From positions 161,359 to 225,358 of the forward strand of contig DAIRCR010000003.1 of assembly GCA_036796575.1 (NCBI GenBank): 64,000 nt of DNA. Reading direction: 5' to 3'. Under the pieces are notes generated by a model. It did not search any database, had not been told where the DNA came from, and saw only the letters and a list, made by a program, of their open reading frames with translations. The DNA is from Candidatus Nanopelagicales bacterium (GTDB lineage: Bacteria > Actinomycetota > Actinomycetes > S36-B12 > UBA5976). Shown here piece after piece: positions 1-11,005 of the stretch. Within the stretch, counting starts at the first letter, position 1, and every line of letters starts with the position of its first letter. Both the position numbers and the translations under genes were made by a program.

Positions 1-405
1 GCAAACGGCTTATTGGGTCGAGCGCACCGAGTTTCAGGCGAAGTGGTTCATGGTGACCATCGAGGAAGAGAAATCGGCTATCCAACCGCAAACATTGCTG
101 TACAGGGCGGCCTGCTGATTCCAGCAGATGGCGTCTATTCAGGTTTGCTATGGATTGATGGCGTAGCCCATAGTTCTGCAATCAGCGTGGGCACTAATCC
201 AACATTTGACGATGTAGTTAATCGCCGAGTCGAGGCTTATGTAATTGGTGAATCTGGCCTGGACCTATATGGCAAAGTCGTGGATTTGGACTTCGTCTCG
301 CACATTCGAGACATGGAGAGCTTTGCTGGCATCCCAGAATTACTAGAAGCTATGGATCGCGACGTGGAAACTGCCAAAGCTGACCTGGAAAAGTACCTGA
401 ATTAG
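1..405 (+). CDS. ribF: Riboflavin kinase/FMN adenylyltransferase, C-terminal riboflavin-kinase part (5' end lies upstream of the window)
   Basis: The frame is open from base 1 to TAG 403-405. The translation contains GEVVHGDHRGREIGYPTANI and VGTNPTFDD, which are riboflavin-kinase signatures. The gene lies directly upstream of rpsO-pnp, as in most bacteria. Confidence 0.85.
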   Translation, partial: ANGLLGRAHRVSGEVVHGDHRGREIGYPTANIAVQGGLLIPADGVYSGLLWIDGVAHSSAISVGTNPTFDDVVNRRVEAYVIGESGLDLYGKVVDLDFVSHIRDMESFAGIPELLEAMDRDVETAKADLEKYLN

Positions 406-406
406 G

Positions 407-530
407 GCGCAATCTCACGATTTCCTGCGCCTATTGGCTCAATCTCACGATTTCGTTGTACTTATCTAGCTCAATCTCTCGATTTCGCGGTACTTATTTC
501 AAGCAATCTCACGATTTCGCGGTACCCACC
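407..530. repeat. Four tandem ~31-nt direct repeats with a 15-nt core CAATCTCACGATTTC
   Basis: Cores lie at 410-424, 440-454, 472-486 (one mismatch) and 504-518, with start-to-start spacing of 30/32/32 nt. Units 2-4 also share flanks (GCTCAATCT...CGATTTCG..GTAC). Confidence 0.9.
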
Positions 531-637
531 CCTAACTGTTAGCCTTACAACACAGACGAATGAGGGGCGGGCGCCCCACATCTCGTGTCACATCTAAAGA
601 TCTACGGATCTGTTCGCGCCCGAGAGGAAAAAAATCT

Positions 638-907
638 ATGCCATTGGAATCTGCAGTAAAGCAGGCCATCATCGCTGAACACGGCACAAAGCCTGGCGAT
701 ACCGGAAGCCCAGAAGTCCAGATTGCCTTGATGACACAGCGCATCAACGATCTAACCGGACACCTAAAAACTCATAAGCACGATCACCACAGCCGTCGCG
801 GTTTGCTACTGCTTGTTGGTCAGCGTCGTCGTCTACTTGATTACTTAACCAAGACAGACATCAATCGATACCGCGCGATCATCGAAAAACTCGGTATCCG
901 CAGATAA
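638..907 (+). CDS. rpsO: 30S ribosomal protein S15
   Basis: The 89-aa product reads [57 protein letters not shown]... ATG 638 is preceded by GAGAGGAAA (622-630). The ORF-track start at 560 would add a non-conserved Arg-rich extension. Confidence 0.95.
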   Translation: MPLESAVKQAIIAEHGTKPGDTGSPEVQIALMTQRINDLTGHLKTHKHDHHSRRGLLLLVGQRRRLLDYLTKTDINRYRAIIEKLGIRR

Positions 908-933
908 CTTTTCGTGCGCTTCTTAGGAAGTGA

Positions 934-960
934 GCTGTGCCGATTTCGTGTCGGCACAGC
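934..960 (+). terminator. 10-bp stem / 7-nt loop hairpin downstream of rpsO (attenuator or processing hairpin; no T-tract)
   Basis: GCTGTGCCGA (934-943) pairs perfectly with TCGGCACAGC (951-960). It starts 27 nt after the rpsO stop codon. The lack of a U-run suggests partial termination or a processing site rather than a strong intrinsic terminator. Confidence 0.5.
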
Positions 961-1152
961 AAGCACAAAATCAAGACTCGCAGTTTTGCGATAACCGCGG
1001 ATAGCACGCACATTCGAGCAGTTTGGTCGGTCCTCGGTAGTGAAGTTCGGCTCAATGAGCCGCGCTTCTCGATCGAAGATCGACATGTGATTTGAATGCA
1101 TTTCACTCGTTAGAAGTGCAGTGTTATCCCTTTATGAAGAGGGAGGTTACCC
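961..1152 (+). promoter_or_regulatory. Structured 5' leader of pnp (candidate Actino-pnp-type autoregulatory leader)
   Basis: This 245-nt rpsO-pnp spacer is the largest non-coding gap in the window. It contains further hairpins (for example CGGCTC-AAT-GAGCCG near 1048-1062) and an RBS, GAGGGAGG, upstream of ATG 1153. I did not verify the motif model itself. Confidence 0.4.
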
Positions 1153-3369
1153 ATGGAGGGTAACGAAGTACAGACCAGCGTTGCTGTGATTGACAATGGG
1201 TCATTCGGAAAGCGCACAGTTAAGTTCGAAACCGGACGTCTTGCACGTCAGGCAAACGGAACCGCAGTTGTTTACATGGATGACGACACAATGTTGCTAT
1301 CCGCTACTACTGCAGGAAAATCACCAAAGGATCAATTTGATTTCTTCCCGCTAACCGTAGATGTTGAAGAGCGTATGTACGCAGCAGGCCGTATTCCAGG
1401 ATCTTTCTTCCGTCGTGAAGGTCGTCCAACCGAAGACGCAATTCTTACTTGTCGTCTAATTGACCGTCCATTACGTCCATCATTCGTTAAGGGACTTCGC
1501 AATGAAGTTCAGGTTGTTGTAACCGTAATGGCACTAAATCCAGATGTGCTTTACGACGTAATTGCAATTAACGCTGCATCTATGTCTACACAGCTCGCAG
1601 GTTTGCCATTCTCCGGACCAATTGGTGGCGTTCGCGTTGCGCTAATCAACGGTCAGTGGGTTGCCTTCCCAACACATAGCCAGCTTGAAGACGCAGTTTT
1701 CGACATGGTTGTTGCTGGTCGAGTTGTTGGCGATGACGTTGCAATCATGATGGTTGAAGCAGAAGCCACTGAAAACACAATTGCATTGATCAAGGGTGGC
1801 GCTAAGGCTCCATCTGAAGAAGTTGTTTCAGAAGGCCTTGAAGCTGCAAAGCCATTCATCGCTGAATTGTGTCGTGCTCAGTCAGCACTTGCTAATGTTG
1901 CCGCTAAAGAAAGCGCAGAATTCCCAGTCTTCTTGGATTACGAAGCTGATGTATTTGCTGCAGTTGAAGCCGCAGTTTCAGATGACCTTGCAAAGGCATT
2001 AACTATCGCTGGCAAGCAAGAGCGTGAAACTGAACTAGATCGCGTTAAAGAACTAACTATCGAAAAGGTAGCTGGCAGCTTTGAAGGTCGCGAAAAGGAA
2101 GTCAGTGCAGCACTTCGCTCACTAACCAAGAAGCTAGTTCGCAAGCGCGTTATCAAGGACAAGATTCGTATTGATGGCCGTGGCCTTCGCGACATCCGTT
2201 CCTTGAGTGCTGAAGTAGATGTAATTCCTCGCGTTCACGGTTCGGCATTGTTCGAACGTGGCGAGACTCAGATTCTCGGCGTAACAACCTTGAACATGAT
2301 GAAAATGGAACAGCAGCTAGATACTTTGTCTCCAGTAACCCGCAAGCACTACATGCACAACTACAACTTCCCGCCTTACTCAACTGGTGAGACTGGTCGT
2401 GTAGGTAGCCCGAAGCGTCGCGAAATTGGTCACGGCGCATTGGCCGAACGTGCACTAGTTCCAGTTCTGCCAACAAAGCAGGACTTCCCATACGCAATCC
2501 GTCAGGTTTCGGAAGCATTAGGTTCAAACGGTTCTACTTCAATGGGCTCTGTTTGTGCTTCAACACTTTCGCTTCTTAATGCAGGTGTGCCACTTCAGGC
2601 ACCTGTTGCTGGAATTGCAATGGGTTTGATCTCTGATGAAATCGACGGCAAGACTGAGTATGTTGCACTTACCGACATCCTTGGCGCTGAAGATGCATTT
2701 GGCGACATGGACTTCAAGGTTGCAGGAACCAAGGATTTCATTACCGCGCTACAACTAGACACCAAGCTTGACGGCATCCCAGCTTCAGTTTTGGCTGGTG
2801 CGCTAACACAGGCCCGCGAAGCCCGTCTTGCAATCCTTGACGTAATGCTTGAAGCAATCGATGCACCTGACGAAATGTCACAATATGCACCGCGCATCAT
2901 CACAGTAATGATTCCAATCGACAAGATTGGTGAAGTTATTGGTCCAAAGGGCAAGATCATCAACCAGATTCAAGAAGAAACAGGTGCTGACATTTCCATT
3001 GGTGACGACGGCACGGTTTACATTGGTGCAACCAACGGTGAAGCAGCAGATGCAGCTCGCGCCCAGGTTAATGCCATTGCAAACCCAACCATGCCTGAAG
3101 TGGGCGAGCGCTACATGGGAACAGTTGTTAAGACAACTAACTTCGGTGCCTTCGTTTCACTTTCACCTGGTAAGGATGGGTTGCTACACATTAGTCAGCT
3201 ACGCAAGCTTTCCGGTGGCAAGCGCGTAGAGAATGTTGAAGATGTTCTTAAGGTTGGTGACAAGGTTCACGTAGAGATCGCGGAAATCGATCCACGTGGA
3301 AAGCTGTCCCTAGTACCTGTAGTTGAAGGTTCGGACGAAAGCGCAGATGACGCTGGAGACGAAGACTAA
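1153..3369 (+). CDS. pnp: Polyribonucleotide nucleotidyltransferase (PNPase)
   Basis: The 738-aa product has two RNase PH domains plus KH ([10 protein letters not shown]) and S1 ([15 protein letters not shown]) domains. It follows rpsO in the canonical order. Confidence 0.97.
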   Translation: MEGNEVQTSVAVIDNGSFGKRTVKFETGRLARQANGTAVVYMDDDTMLLSATTAGKSPKDQFDFFPLTVDVEERMYAAGRIPGSFFRREGRPTEDAILTCRLIDRPLRPSFVKGLRNEVQVVVTVMALNPDVLYDVIAINAASMSTQLAGLPFSGPIGGVRVALINGQWVAFPTHSQLEDAVFDMVVAGRVVGDDVAIMMVEAEATENTIALIKGGAKAPSEEVVSEGLEAAKPFIAELCRAQSALANVAAKESAEFPVFLDYEADVFAAVEAAVSDDLAKALTIAGKQERETELDRVKELTIEKVAGSFEGREKEVSAALRSLTKKLVRKRVIKDKIRIDGRGLRDIRSLSAEVDVIPRVHGSALFERGETQILGVTTLNMMKMEQQLDTLSPVTRKHYMHNYNFPPYSTGETGRVGSPKRREIGHGALAERALVPVLPTKQDFPYAIRQVSEALGSNGSTSMGSVCASTLSLLNAGVPLQAPVAGIAMGLISDEIDGKTEYVALTDILGAEDAFGDMDFKVAGTKDFITALQLDTKLDGIPASVLAGALTQAREARLAILDVMLEAIDAPDEMSQYAPRIITVMIPIDKIGEVIGPKGKIINQIQEETGADISIGDDGTVYIGATNGEAADAARAQVNAIANPTMPEVGERYMGTVVKTTNFGAFVSLSPGKDGLLHISQLRKLSGGKRVENVEDVLKVGDKVHVEIAEIDPRGKLSLVPVVEGSDESADDAGDED

Positions 3370-3373
3370 AACT

Positions 3374-4702
3374 GTGACATCACGAAACTCCGCAGTGGTC
3401 CTTGGGCATGAACAACGCCCAGGGACCACTCGCACGTTACTGACCGCCGAGCAAGGCGGTTTGGTAAAGCGCACAGTATTGCCTGGCGGACTTCGAATTA
3501 TTACTGAGCAAATGCCATCTGTTAGATCTGCAGCGATTGGCATTTGGGTAAACATTGGCTCTCGCGATGAAGTTGCCTCGCAGACTGGTTCGGCTCACTA
3601 TCTCGAGCACTTGCTATTCAAGGGCACCAAGACTCGCAGTGCACTAGACATCTCATCAACTATCGACGCTGTCGGCGGCGAAATGAATGCATTTACTTCA
3701 AAGGAAGTTACGTGCTTTTATGCCCGCGTATTGGATACCAGTGTTCCGCAAGCAATTGATGTCCTTGTGGACATGATTACATCGGCCACAATTACTTCAG
3801 TTGATGTGGATCAAGAGCGCCAAGTCGTGCTCGAAGAGATTGCAATGCGCGATGATGATCCAGCTGATTTAGTGCATGAGCAATTCTCGAAAGCGATGTT
3901 TGGCGACGCTCCATTGGGCCGATCCATTCTTGGAACTGTTGAAAACATTTCATCACTCTCGCGTCGTTCGATAAATGGCTTTTACAAGAAGTACTACACA
4001 CCGGATCGCTTGATAGTTGCTGTGGCAGGAAATATCGATCATGCAACCGTAGTTAAGTTAGTTCGGAAAGCGTTTAATCAAGGTGGCTTTGCCCTTGATG
4101 GAGATCAAAATCCATATGTTTCGATGAAACATAAAACCAAAGTTCTACAAACTGGTGGCTACGTTAAGCAAGATAAGACAACTGAACAAGCAAACCTTGT
4201 AATTGGGGTACCAGGCATAGACCGAGCAGATGAGCGTCGCTACATCCAGTCAGTCTTCAACGCTGCACTAGGCGGGGGCATGTCTAGCCGCTTGTTCCAA
4301 GAAGTGCGCGAAAAGCGTGGGCTTGTCTATACCGTCTATTCCTTTGGCCAACAGTTTCAAGACGCTGGTATGGCAGGCGTTTATGCAGGATGTAGTCCCA
4401 AGAACTTGGATCAAGTTCGAGAAGTTATTACAAATGTGCTTGATGATGTTGCCAAAAATGGCATTACCGCTACGGAGTTGAGTAAAGCCAAGGGTCAAGT
4501 TAGCGGTGGCATGGTTCTGGGTCTGGAAGACACTTCTTCTCGAATGAGCAGAATTGCTAGATCCGAGATGAACAATGGTTATGTGCCGTCTGTGTCCGAA
4601 GTCCTAGATCGTGTTTCAGCCGTAACTTTGGAAGAAGTTCATGCGCTGTCACATCAACTTTGGTCGCAAGATCGCCTTACTGCAGTTGTTGGACCGGAGT
4701 AA
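3374..4702 (+). CDS. M16-family zinc peptidase (pitrilysin/PepR-like)
   Basis: It carries the HxxEH zinc motif (AHYLEHLLFKGT). It sits after pnp, as Rv2782c-like pepR does in actinobacteria. I prefer the in-frame GTG at 3374, just after the pnp stop, over the ORF-track start at 3323, which overlaps pnp by 47 nt. Confidence 0.85.
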   Translation: MTSRNSAVVLGHEQRPGTTRTLLTAEQGGLVKRTVLPGGLRIITEQMPSVRSAAIGIWVNIGSRDEVASQTGSAHYLEHLLFKGTKTRSALDISSTIDAVGGEMNAFTSKEVTCFYARVLDTSVPQAIDVLVDMITSATITSVDVDQERQVVLEEIAMRDDDPADLVHEQFSKAMFGDAPLGRSILGTVENISSLSRRSINGFYKKYYTPDRLIVAVAGNIDHATVVKLVRKAFNQGGFALDGDQNPYVSMKHKTKVLQTGGYVKQDKTTEQANLVIGVPGIDRADERRYIQSVFNAALGGGMSSRLFQEVREKRGLVYTVYSFGQQFQDAGMAGVYAGCSPKNLDQVREVITNVLDDVAKNGITATELSKAKGQVSGGMVLGLEDTSSRMSRIARSEMNNGYVPSVSEVLDRVSAVTLEEVHALSHQLWSQDRLTAVVGPE

Positions 4703-5748
<1,046 letters not shown>

Positions 5749-5752
<4 letters not shown>

Positions 5753-6453
5753 GACAGTTTCCTGCCGGTAACCCAACCAACAATCATCGCAACTATGGCT
5801 GCTGCTAACACTGGAATACCAGGTGGCACCACTGGCGTTAATGCCAGCGCGATCAAGGCGCCACCAAATGCCACTGACAAGTCAGTTCGTGACTTAATCT
5901 GTGGCCAGACTAACGCGAACAAACCGGCAGCAATAGCAGCGTCTAAGCCAAATGACTTTGGATCACCGATTGCTGAGACGCTAATTGCACCGATGAACGT
6001 CGCTAAGTTCCAAAGCAAGTAAACCGATAGACCAGTTGCCCAAAAAGCTAAGCGAGAGGCACGGCCTTCAAAAGCTTCTTCATCTTGGGCCAAACCCATG
6101 GCAGTTGACTCATCGATTGTTAGCTGGACTGCTACTAACCGCCCAGGTCCGGAAGTTTTAAGAATTGGAGTCATGCGCATGGAGTAAGCAGCGTTTCTAG
6201 TGCCCATCAACCAAGAAGCGATTACCGCCGTTAGTGCAGTTCCACCAGAAGCCAAGGTGCTAACCAAAGTGAACTGACTTGCTCCGGTAAACATCAAAAG
6301 GGATAAAGCCATGGTTTGGGGGATAGAAAGCCCAGTTGTGGTTCCAAGGGCGCCGAAAGAAACGCCGTACATCGCTACAGCAAAACCAATGCTGGCAGCG
6401 TTTCCAACTATTTGGCGACGTGCTACATTCCAATTGCTGGCAACAGTGTTCAT
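5749..6453 (-). CDS. azlC: AzlC-family branched-chain amino-acid exporter, large subunit
   Basis: The 234-aa polytopic membrane protein has an AzlC-like N-terminus (GFAVAMYGVSFGAL..) and is paired with a small AzlD-like gene. Confidence 0.7.
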
Positions 6454-6486
6454 AGTCCGTTAAACCTATCGCACTAGTCTGAGCCC

Positions 6487-7383
6487 ATGCCTAAAAACAT
6501 CCGGGGAATTGGATACGCATTCCTAGGAGTTTTGATTTTTTCATTTACTTTGCCAATGGTGAAACTTGCGCTTCCTGGTTTTTCCCCTTGGACTTTGACT
6601 TTTGGTAGAGCTGCTCTGGCTGGATTGCTAGCTGCAATTCTGCTGAAGCGAGCACGTGTTAAGTTTCCGGAGAAAAAACTGATTGGTCCGTTGTTAATCA
6701 CAGCAGGTGGAATTGTGATCGGCTGGCCAATTCTGACCACGTTGGCTTTAACGGAAACAACAAGTGCACATGCGGCTGTGATTACTGCAGGACTTCCACT
6801 AGCAACTGCTGTGTTGGCAGTATTCAGATTGCACGAGAAAGTACCAAAAGCTTTTTGGGCTGCCGCGTTGGTTGGAACCTTCACTTTGGTGATTTATGCG
6901 TGGCTTAACGGAGGCCAGGAAGGCAGCTCGCTTAAAGCCGATCTGTTTTTAGTGGGAGCTGTCGTTGCGGCTGCGATTGGATATGCCGAAGGAGCAATCC
7001 TTAGCAAGGTAATGCCGGGCTGGCAGGTTGTCTCGTGGTGCGTAGTTTTGACCTTGCCACTTACCATGCCGTATTTCTTGATTTCACTTTGGTTGGGTAG
7101 AGAAACTCACAGCATTACCTCGGTGTCGTTACTGGCATTTTTGTTCACGGCATTTGGTTCCATGTACTTTGGCTTCTTTGCCTGGTACCGCGGTTTGTCA
7201 GAGTTAGGTGTCGCGAGAGGTTCGCAAATCCAGCTGGTTCAGTCGCTCTTAACGTTACTTTGGTCAGCTTTACTGCTTGGCGAAATAGTAACGGGAAAGA
7301 CTCTTGTGGCTGCCAGCGTAGTTGTGGTTTGTGTTGCGATCACCCAAAAGGTGAGGTTAGTCAGCAGGGTAGAAGTTAACTGA
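6487..7383 (+). CDS. EamA/DMT-superfamily transporter
   Basis: The 298-aa product has about 10 predicted TM helices in two similar halves, which is typical of EamA-domain permeases. Confidence 0.7.
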   Translation: MPKNIRGIGYAFLGVLIFSFTLPMVKLALPGFSPWTLTFGRAALAGLLAAILLKRARVKFPEKKLIGPLLITAGGIVIGWPILTTLALTETTSAHAAVITAGLPLATAVLAVFRLHEKVPKAFWAAALVGTFTLVIYAWLNGGQEGSSLKADLFLVGAVVAAAIGYAEGAILSKVMPGWQVVSWCVVLTLPLTMPYFLISLWLGRETHSITSVSLLAFLFTAFGSMYFGFFAWYRGLSELGVARGSQIQLVQSLLTLLWSALLLGEIVTGKTLVAASVVVVCVAITQKVRLVSRVEVN

Positions 7384-8388
7384 GCCTCTGACCCATACGG
7401 TTACTGGCATGCCAACTTCTGGTGAGATCGGCCCAGAAGTGCGAGCCTTCACAGTTCCAGCGGCAGTCTTAACTTCAACTAAAGCATCGTGTCCAAAGAA
7501 TTGACGTCCGGTAACTACGGCTAAACCTTTTGGATCAGGTTGTAGATATAGATTTTCTGGACGAATAGCAACTTGACCCTTAGTTCCTTCAGGTTGCGCC
7601 ACGTTCGGGATCAGGTCGCCCAATTGCGTGCTGACTTTCCCGGCAGTTACTACGCCAGGAATGACCACAGCATCGCCCAGGAACTTAGCGAGGGAAACAT
7701 CAACTGGTTGCGAGTAAATCGATCGCGGGCTACCAATCTGGGCAACTGTCCCATCGCGCAAGATTGCAACTTGGTCCGCAATGGACAGCGCCTCTTCTTG
7801 ATCGTGAGTTACCAGAATTGCAGTTGCACTGGCTGCTCGAAGGATTGCGCGGACATCTTCGCGAAGTTTTGAACGCAATTGTGCATCCAGGGCAGCGAAT
7901 GGTTCATCAAGAAGAATCACGTCAGGATTAGGTGCAAGGGCGCGGGCGATTGCTACGCGTTGGCGCTGGCCACCAGAAAGCGTGTCAGGAAGAGAATCTC
8001 TTTGGTCACTCATTCCGATTAGATCTAATAACTCCGAAACTTTGACATCCCTTGCCCCCGACTTCAGGTGGGAAAGTCCGTAAGCAATATTCTTTGAAAC
8101 TGATAAGTGAGGAAAAAGAGCAGAATCCTGCGGCACAAAACCAACGTTGCGTTTTTCTGGTGGCAACGACATTGATTCTGAGGATACTTCTCGGCCATTC
8201 ATGTTGATTGAACCAGAATCAACAGCATCAAACCCTGCAATCAAGCGCAGCAGTGTGGTCTTGCCGCCACCTGAGGCACCCAAAATAGTTAGCAGCGTCC
8301 CGTCTTTCACCGCGAAGGAAACATCGTGAAGGACTGAGACCTTGCCAAAGGACTTAGAAACGTTTTCAAGTCTGACTTTTTCTGACAT
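7357..8388 (-). CDS. ABC transporter ATP-binding protein (FbpC/PotA-like, Fe(III)-type importer)
   Basis: It has Walker A GASGGGKTT, the signature LSGGQRQRVAIARAL, Walker B ILLDEPF and a C-terminal TOBE-like domain. Confidence 0.85.
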   Translation of the reverse strand: MSEKVRLENVSKSFGKVSVLHDVSFAVKDGTLLTILGASGGGKTTLLRLIAGFDAVDSGSINMNGREVSSESMSLPPEKRNVGFVPQDSALFPHLSVSKNIAYGLSHLKSGARDVKVSELLDLIGMSDQRDSLPDTLSGGQRQRVAIARALAPNPDVILLDEPFAALDAQLRSKLREDVRAILRAASATAILVTHDQEEALSIADQVAILRDGTVAQIGSPRSIYSQPVDVSLAKFLGDAVVIPGVVTAGKVSTQLGDLIPNVAQPEGTKGQVAIRPENLYLQPDPKGLAVVTGRQFFGHDALVEVKTAAGTVKARTSGPISPEVGMPVTVWVRGSVNFYPAD

Positions 8389-9924
8389 TTATCTCACCTC
8401 ACTCACGCTTACGTCGTTCGAAACTGCTGTTACTAGGTTACTTCGATTCTGGGTTGCCCGAATTTCGCGATTAACGAACAGCGCAGGTATTCCTGCTACG
8501 AGTATCAATAGCAACGCATACGGAGCTGCAGCACTGAATGCACTTACTGAAGTTGCAGACCATAAGCGGGTAGCAAGTGTCTCAATTCCCGTTGGCCGAA
8601 GGATTAGAGTTGCCGGCAATTCTTTGATTACCGTTAAACCAACAAATGCCGTTGCACTCAAGATTCCAGGTGCGGCGGCGGGAATGACTACACGTCTGAG
8701 CGTTTGAATCTGGGAGCTTCCCAGCGTCCTTGAAACTTCTTCAATTCCAGTTGGTACCTGTGAGATTGGAACCTTTAGAACGGCCACGGCATTAGGAAGA
8801 AATAGCGCGAGGTAGGCGAGCAGAACTAGTGCGCTGGTTTGGTAAAGACTTGGAACTGACTGATTTACCAAAAACACAAAGGAAAGTGCAACAACAACGC
8901 CGGGAAGTGCATGTGTGATGAGAATAAGGCTCTCAACTTTTAAGGAGTACTTGCTCTGGTATCGAACGGCCAAAATTGCAACAGCTAATCCAACAAATGC
9001 AACAGCTAATCCGCCGACGAAACCGTAACTTATGGTGTTAAGAAACGCCCTGGCAATTTCGCCAAGGTTTGATTGAGACTGACCTACGACTGTCCAATAA
9101 AAGATACTCAAGATTGGAACTAGGACACCAACAGCAAACCATGAAACCAAAAAGATGTATGCAGGTATCTTCCAATTTCCGAGTTGGGTTTGCATCGCGC
9201 GATACTGACCAGCAGACTTTACCGCCTGCAAGGAACTAAATCGGCTAACAATGCGAATCAGAATTATCGTAAGCAAAACAAGAACGAGCGCTAACGCGGC
9301 TGCTGAATTTCGATCAAAGCTGGCGCGGTAGGCGTTATAAATAGCGCGAGTAAAGGTGTCGTATCGCATTAACGAAACCGCACCGAAATCACTCAGGGTA
9401 TAGAGAGCAACAAGTAATCCAGATCCGAACACTGCACTACGAATCGCCGGCCATGTGATGGTCCTGGCAACGCTCATCTGACTACGTCCTAGGGTTCGAG
9501 CTACTTCTTCACCTGCGCCACTATGTCGGTTAAATGCAGCTGAAACGGCAAGGAATACATATGGAGTAGTGCTGATGCTTAGAACCAACCAGGAGCCTAC
9601 GAACCCGTTAATCTCTGATCGAACTGAAAGCCAGGCATAAGCCAAAACATATGAAGGCATTGCGAGCGGGAGTATCGCAACGATTTGAAACAGTCTGCGA
9701 AATCCCAGATCTGATCGGAAGCTCAACCAAGCTTGTGCGGTGCCAACTGCCATCGCAGTGAGACAAACCACAAGCGTCAGCGAAAGTGAGTTGTAAATCA
9801 ACTCAAGGGTCCTGAGACGAAACAGATTTTCAAGTAACTCGGCGAAACCAATTTGGGCAGTACGCAACAGAATGTAGAACAGCGGCAAAACCGAAACGAA
9901 AACGCCATATGCCACCACTACCAA
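8389..9924 (-). CDS. ABC transporter permease with duplicated BPD domain (FbpB-like)
   Basis: The ~511-aa product has two permease modules, as in iron(III) ABC importers. It directly abuts the ATPase gene (TAAATG). The start (TTG 9924, a nearby GTG, or ATG 9909) is uncertain. Confidence 0.8.
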   Translation of the reverse strand: MVVVAYGVFVSVLPLFYILLRTAQIGFAELLENLFRLRTLELIYNSLSLTLVVCLTAMAVGTAQAWLSFRSDLGFRRLFQIVAILPLAMPSYVLAYAWLSVRSEINGFVGSWLVLSISTTPYVFLAVSAAFNRHSGAGEEVARTLGRSQMSVARTITWPAIRSAVFGSGLLVALYTLSDFGAVSLMRYDTFTRAIYNAYRASFDRNSAAALALVLVLLTIILIRIVSRFSSLQAVKSAGQYRAMQTQLGNWKIPAYIFLVSWFAVGVLVPILSIFYWTVVGQSQSNLGEIARAFLNTISYGFVGGLAVAFVGLAVAILAVRYQSKYSLKVESLILITHALPGVVVALSFVFLVNQSVPSLYQTSALVLLAYLALFLPNAVAVLKVPISQVPTGIEEVSRTLGSSQIQTLRRVVIPAAAPGILSATAFVGLTVIKELPATLILRPTGIETLATRLWSATSVSAFSAAAPYALLLILVAGIPALFVNREIRATQNRSNLVTAVSNDVSVSEVR

Positions 9925-9959
9925 AATTTGTAGCGGTGGCTTTTGGTTTGATCTGGTCG

Positions 9960-10988
9960 TCAGATTAGACCTGCTTCAGTTAATAGCAGCAAAGTTTGTT
10001 CAAGTGAAGAAAGGTCAGATAGATCTATTTCTGGGCCCTTGATTTCACTTAGTTTTGGTAAAGCTGGATCAGGCGAAACATCTAAAGTGAGTGAATACTC
10101 GAAAGTCTTTTCAAGAAAATACTTTTGTGCTGTATCACCCAATAGCCACTTTGCGAAAACCAATGCATTTGGATTTTCTGAGAGAAGTGAAACGCCAGCA
10201 ACATTGACTAAATTGCCAGCGTCACCATTGGAAAACCAAGTTAGTTTCGAATTCATATTCTCGGCGCCAATTTCAGAAGCTTTTTCAAACCAGTAGTAAT
10301 GATTTAGCAGACCTGCGGCTACTTCACCATTTTCCACAGCATCCAAGATCTGCCCGTTCTTTTCGTAGAGAACCGCATTCTCCTTCATCGCTGAAAGAAA
10401 TTCTGCTGTCTTTTCTTCACCTTCATTGACTCGCATTCCAGTAACGAAGGATTGGAATGAAGCGTTGGTTGGAGCGATAGCGATTCGTCCTTTCCAACCT
10501 GGATCTGCAAGATCAAATACCGACTTCGGTAGATCTGTTACTAGTTCAGGGTTGTATGCAAGAACGCGTGATCGTCCCGATACGCCGAGCCAGGATCCAT
10601 CCTGGGCTCGGTATCTAGCGGGAACTAATTCCACTACCTCTGTCGGGAACTGGTATGTAGTTGCTTCTTGGCTAACAGCTCCCAATGCACCGGCGTCTTG
10701 TGAGAAAAATACATCAACTTTTGTGTTGTCGCCCTCCTCAAGAATTGTGGCCGCCATCTCGGAGGATTCGCCATACCGGACATTAACTTCGATTCCGGTT
10801 TCCGCTGTAAATACTGCAATTAGGGGAGCTATTAAGTCTTCGGCGCGACCTGAATACAAAGTGATGGATTGCGAAGACTCGGCACTTGTGTTTGATGGTT
10901 GCGGATTTGAATTGGTTTCACTCGCGCAGCCAGAGAGAGTTAGAACTAAACCTAGGGATGCGGCAACGATGGCTTTGGGCGAAAACAT
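9960..10988 (-). CDS. Lipoprotein, ABC substrate-binding protein (Fe(III)/FbpA-AfuA-like family)
   Basis: It has a signal peptide with the lipobox LTLSGC, and the mature protein resembles family-1 iron(III)-binding proteins. It is the first gene of the three-gene ABC operon. Confidence 0.75.
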   Translation of the reverse strand: MFSPKAIVAASLGLVLTLSGCASETNSNPQPSNTSAESSQSITLYSGRAEDLIAPLIAVFTAETGIEVNVRYGESSEMAATILEEGDNTKVDVFFSQDAGALGAVSQEATTYQFPTEVVELVPARYRAQDGSWLGVSGRSRVLAYNPELVTDLPKSVFDLADPGWKGRIAIAPTNASFQSFVTGMRVNEGEEKTAEFLSAMKENAVLYEKNGQILDAVENGEVAAGLLNHYYWFEKASEIGAENMNSKLTWFSNGDAGNLVNVAGVSLLSENPNALVFAKWLLGDTAQKYFLEKTFEYSLTLDVSPDPALPKLSEIKGPEIDLSDLSSLEQTLLLLTEAGLI

Positions 10989-11005
10989 TTAACTCCTATT
11001 TAGGC

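Noticed and set aside
407-530. The repeat array might be a miniature CRISPR array.
   Set aside because: The intervening 'spacers' are only ~15 nt long and are themselves conserved between units. The core has no palindromic structure. No cas genes or leader sequence are present. It is a plain tandem direct repeat.
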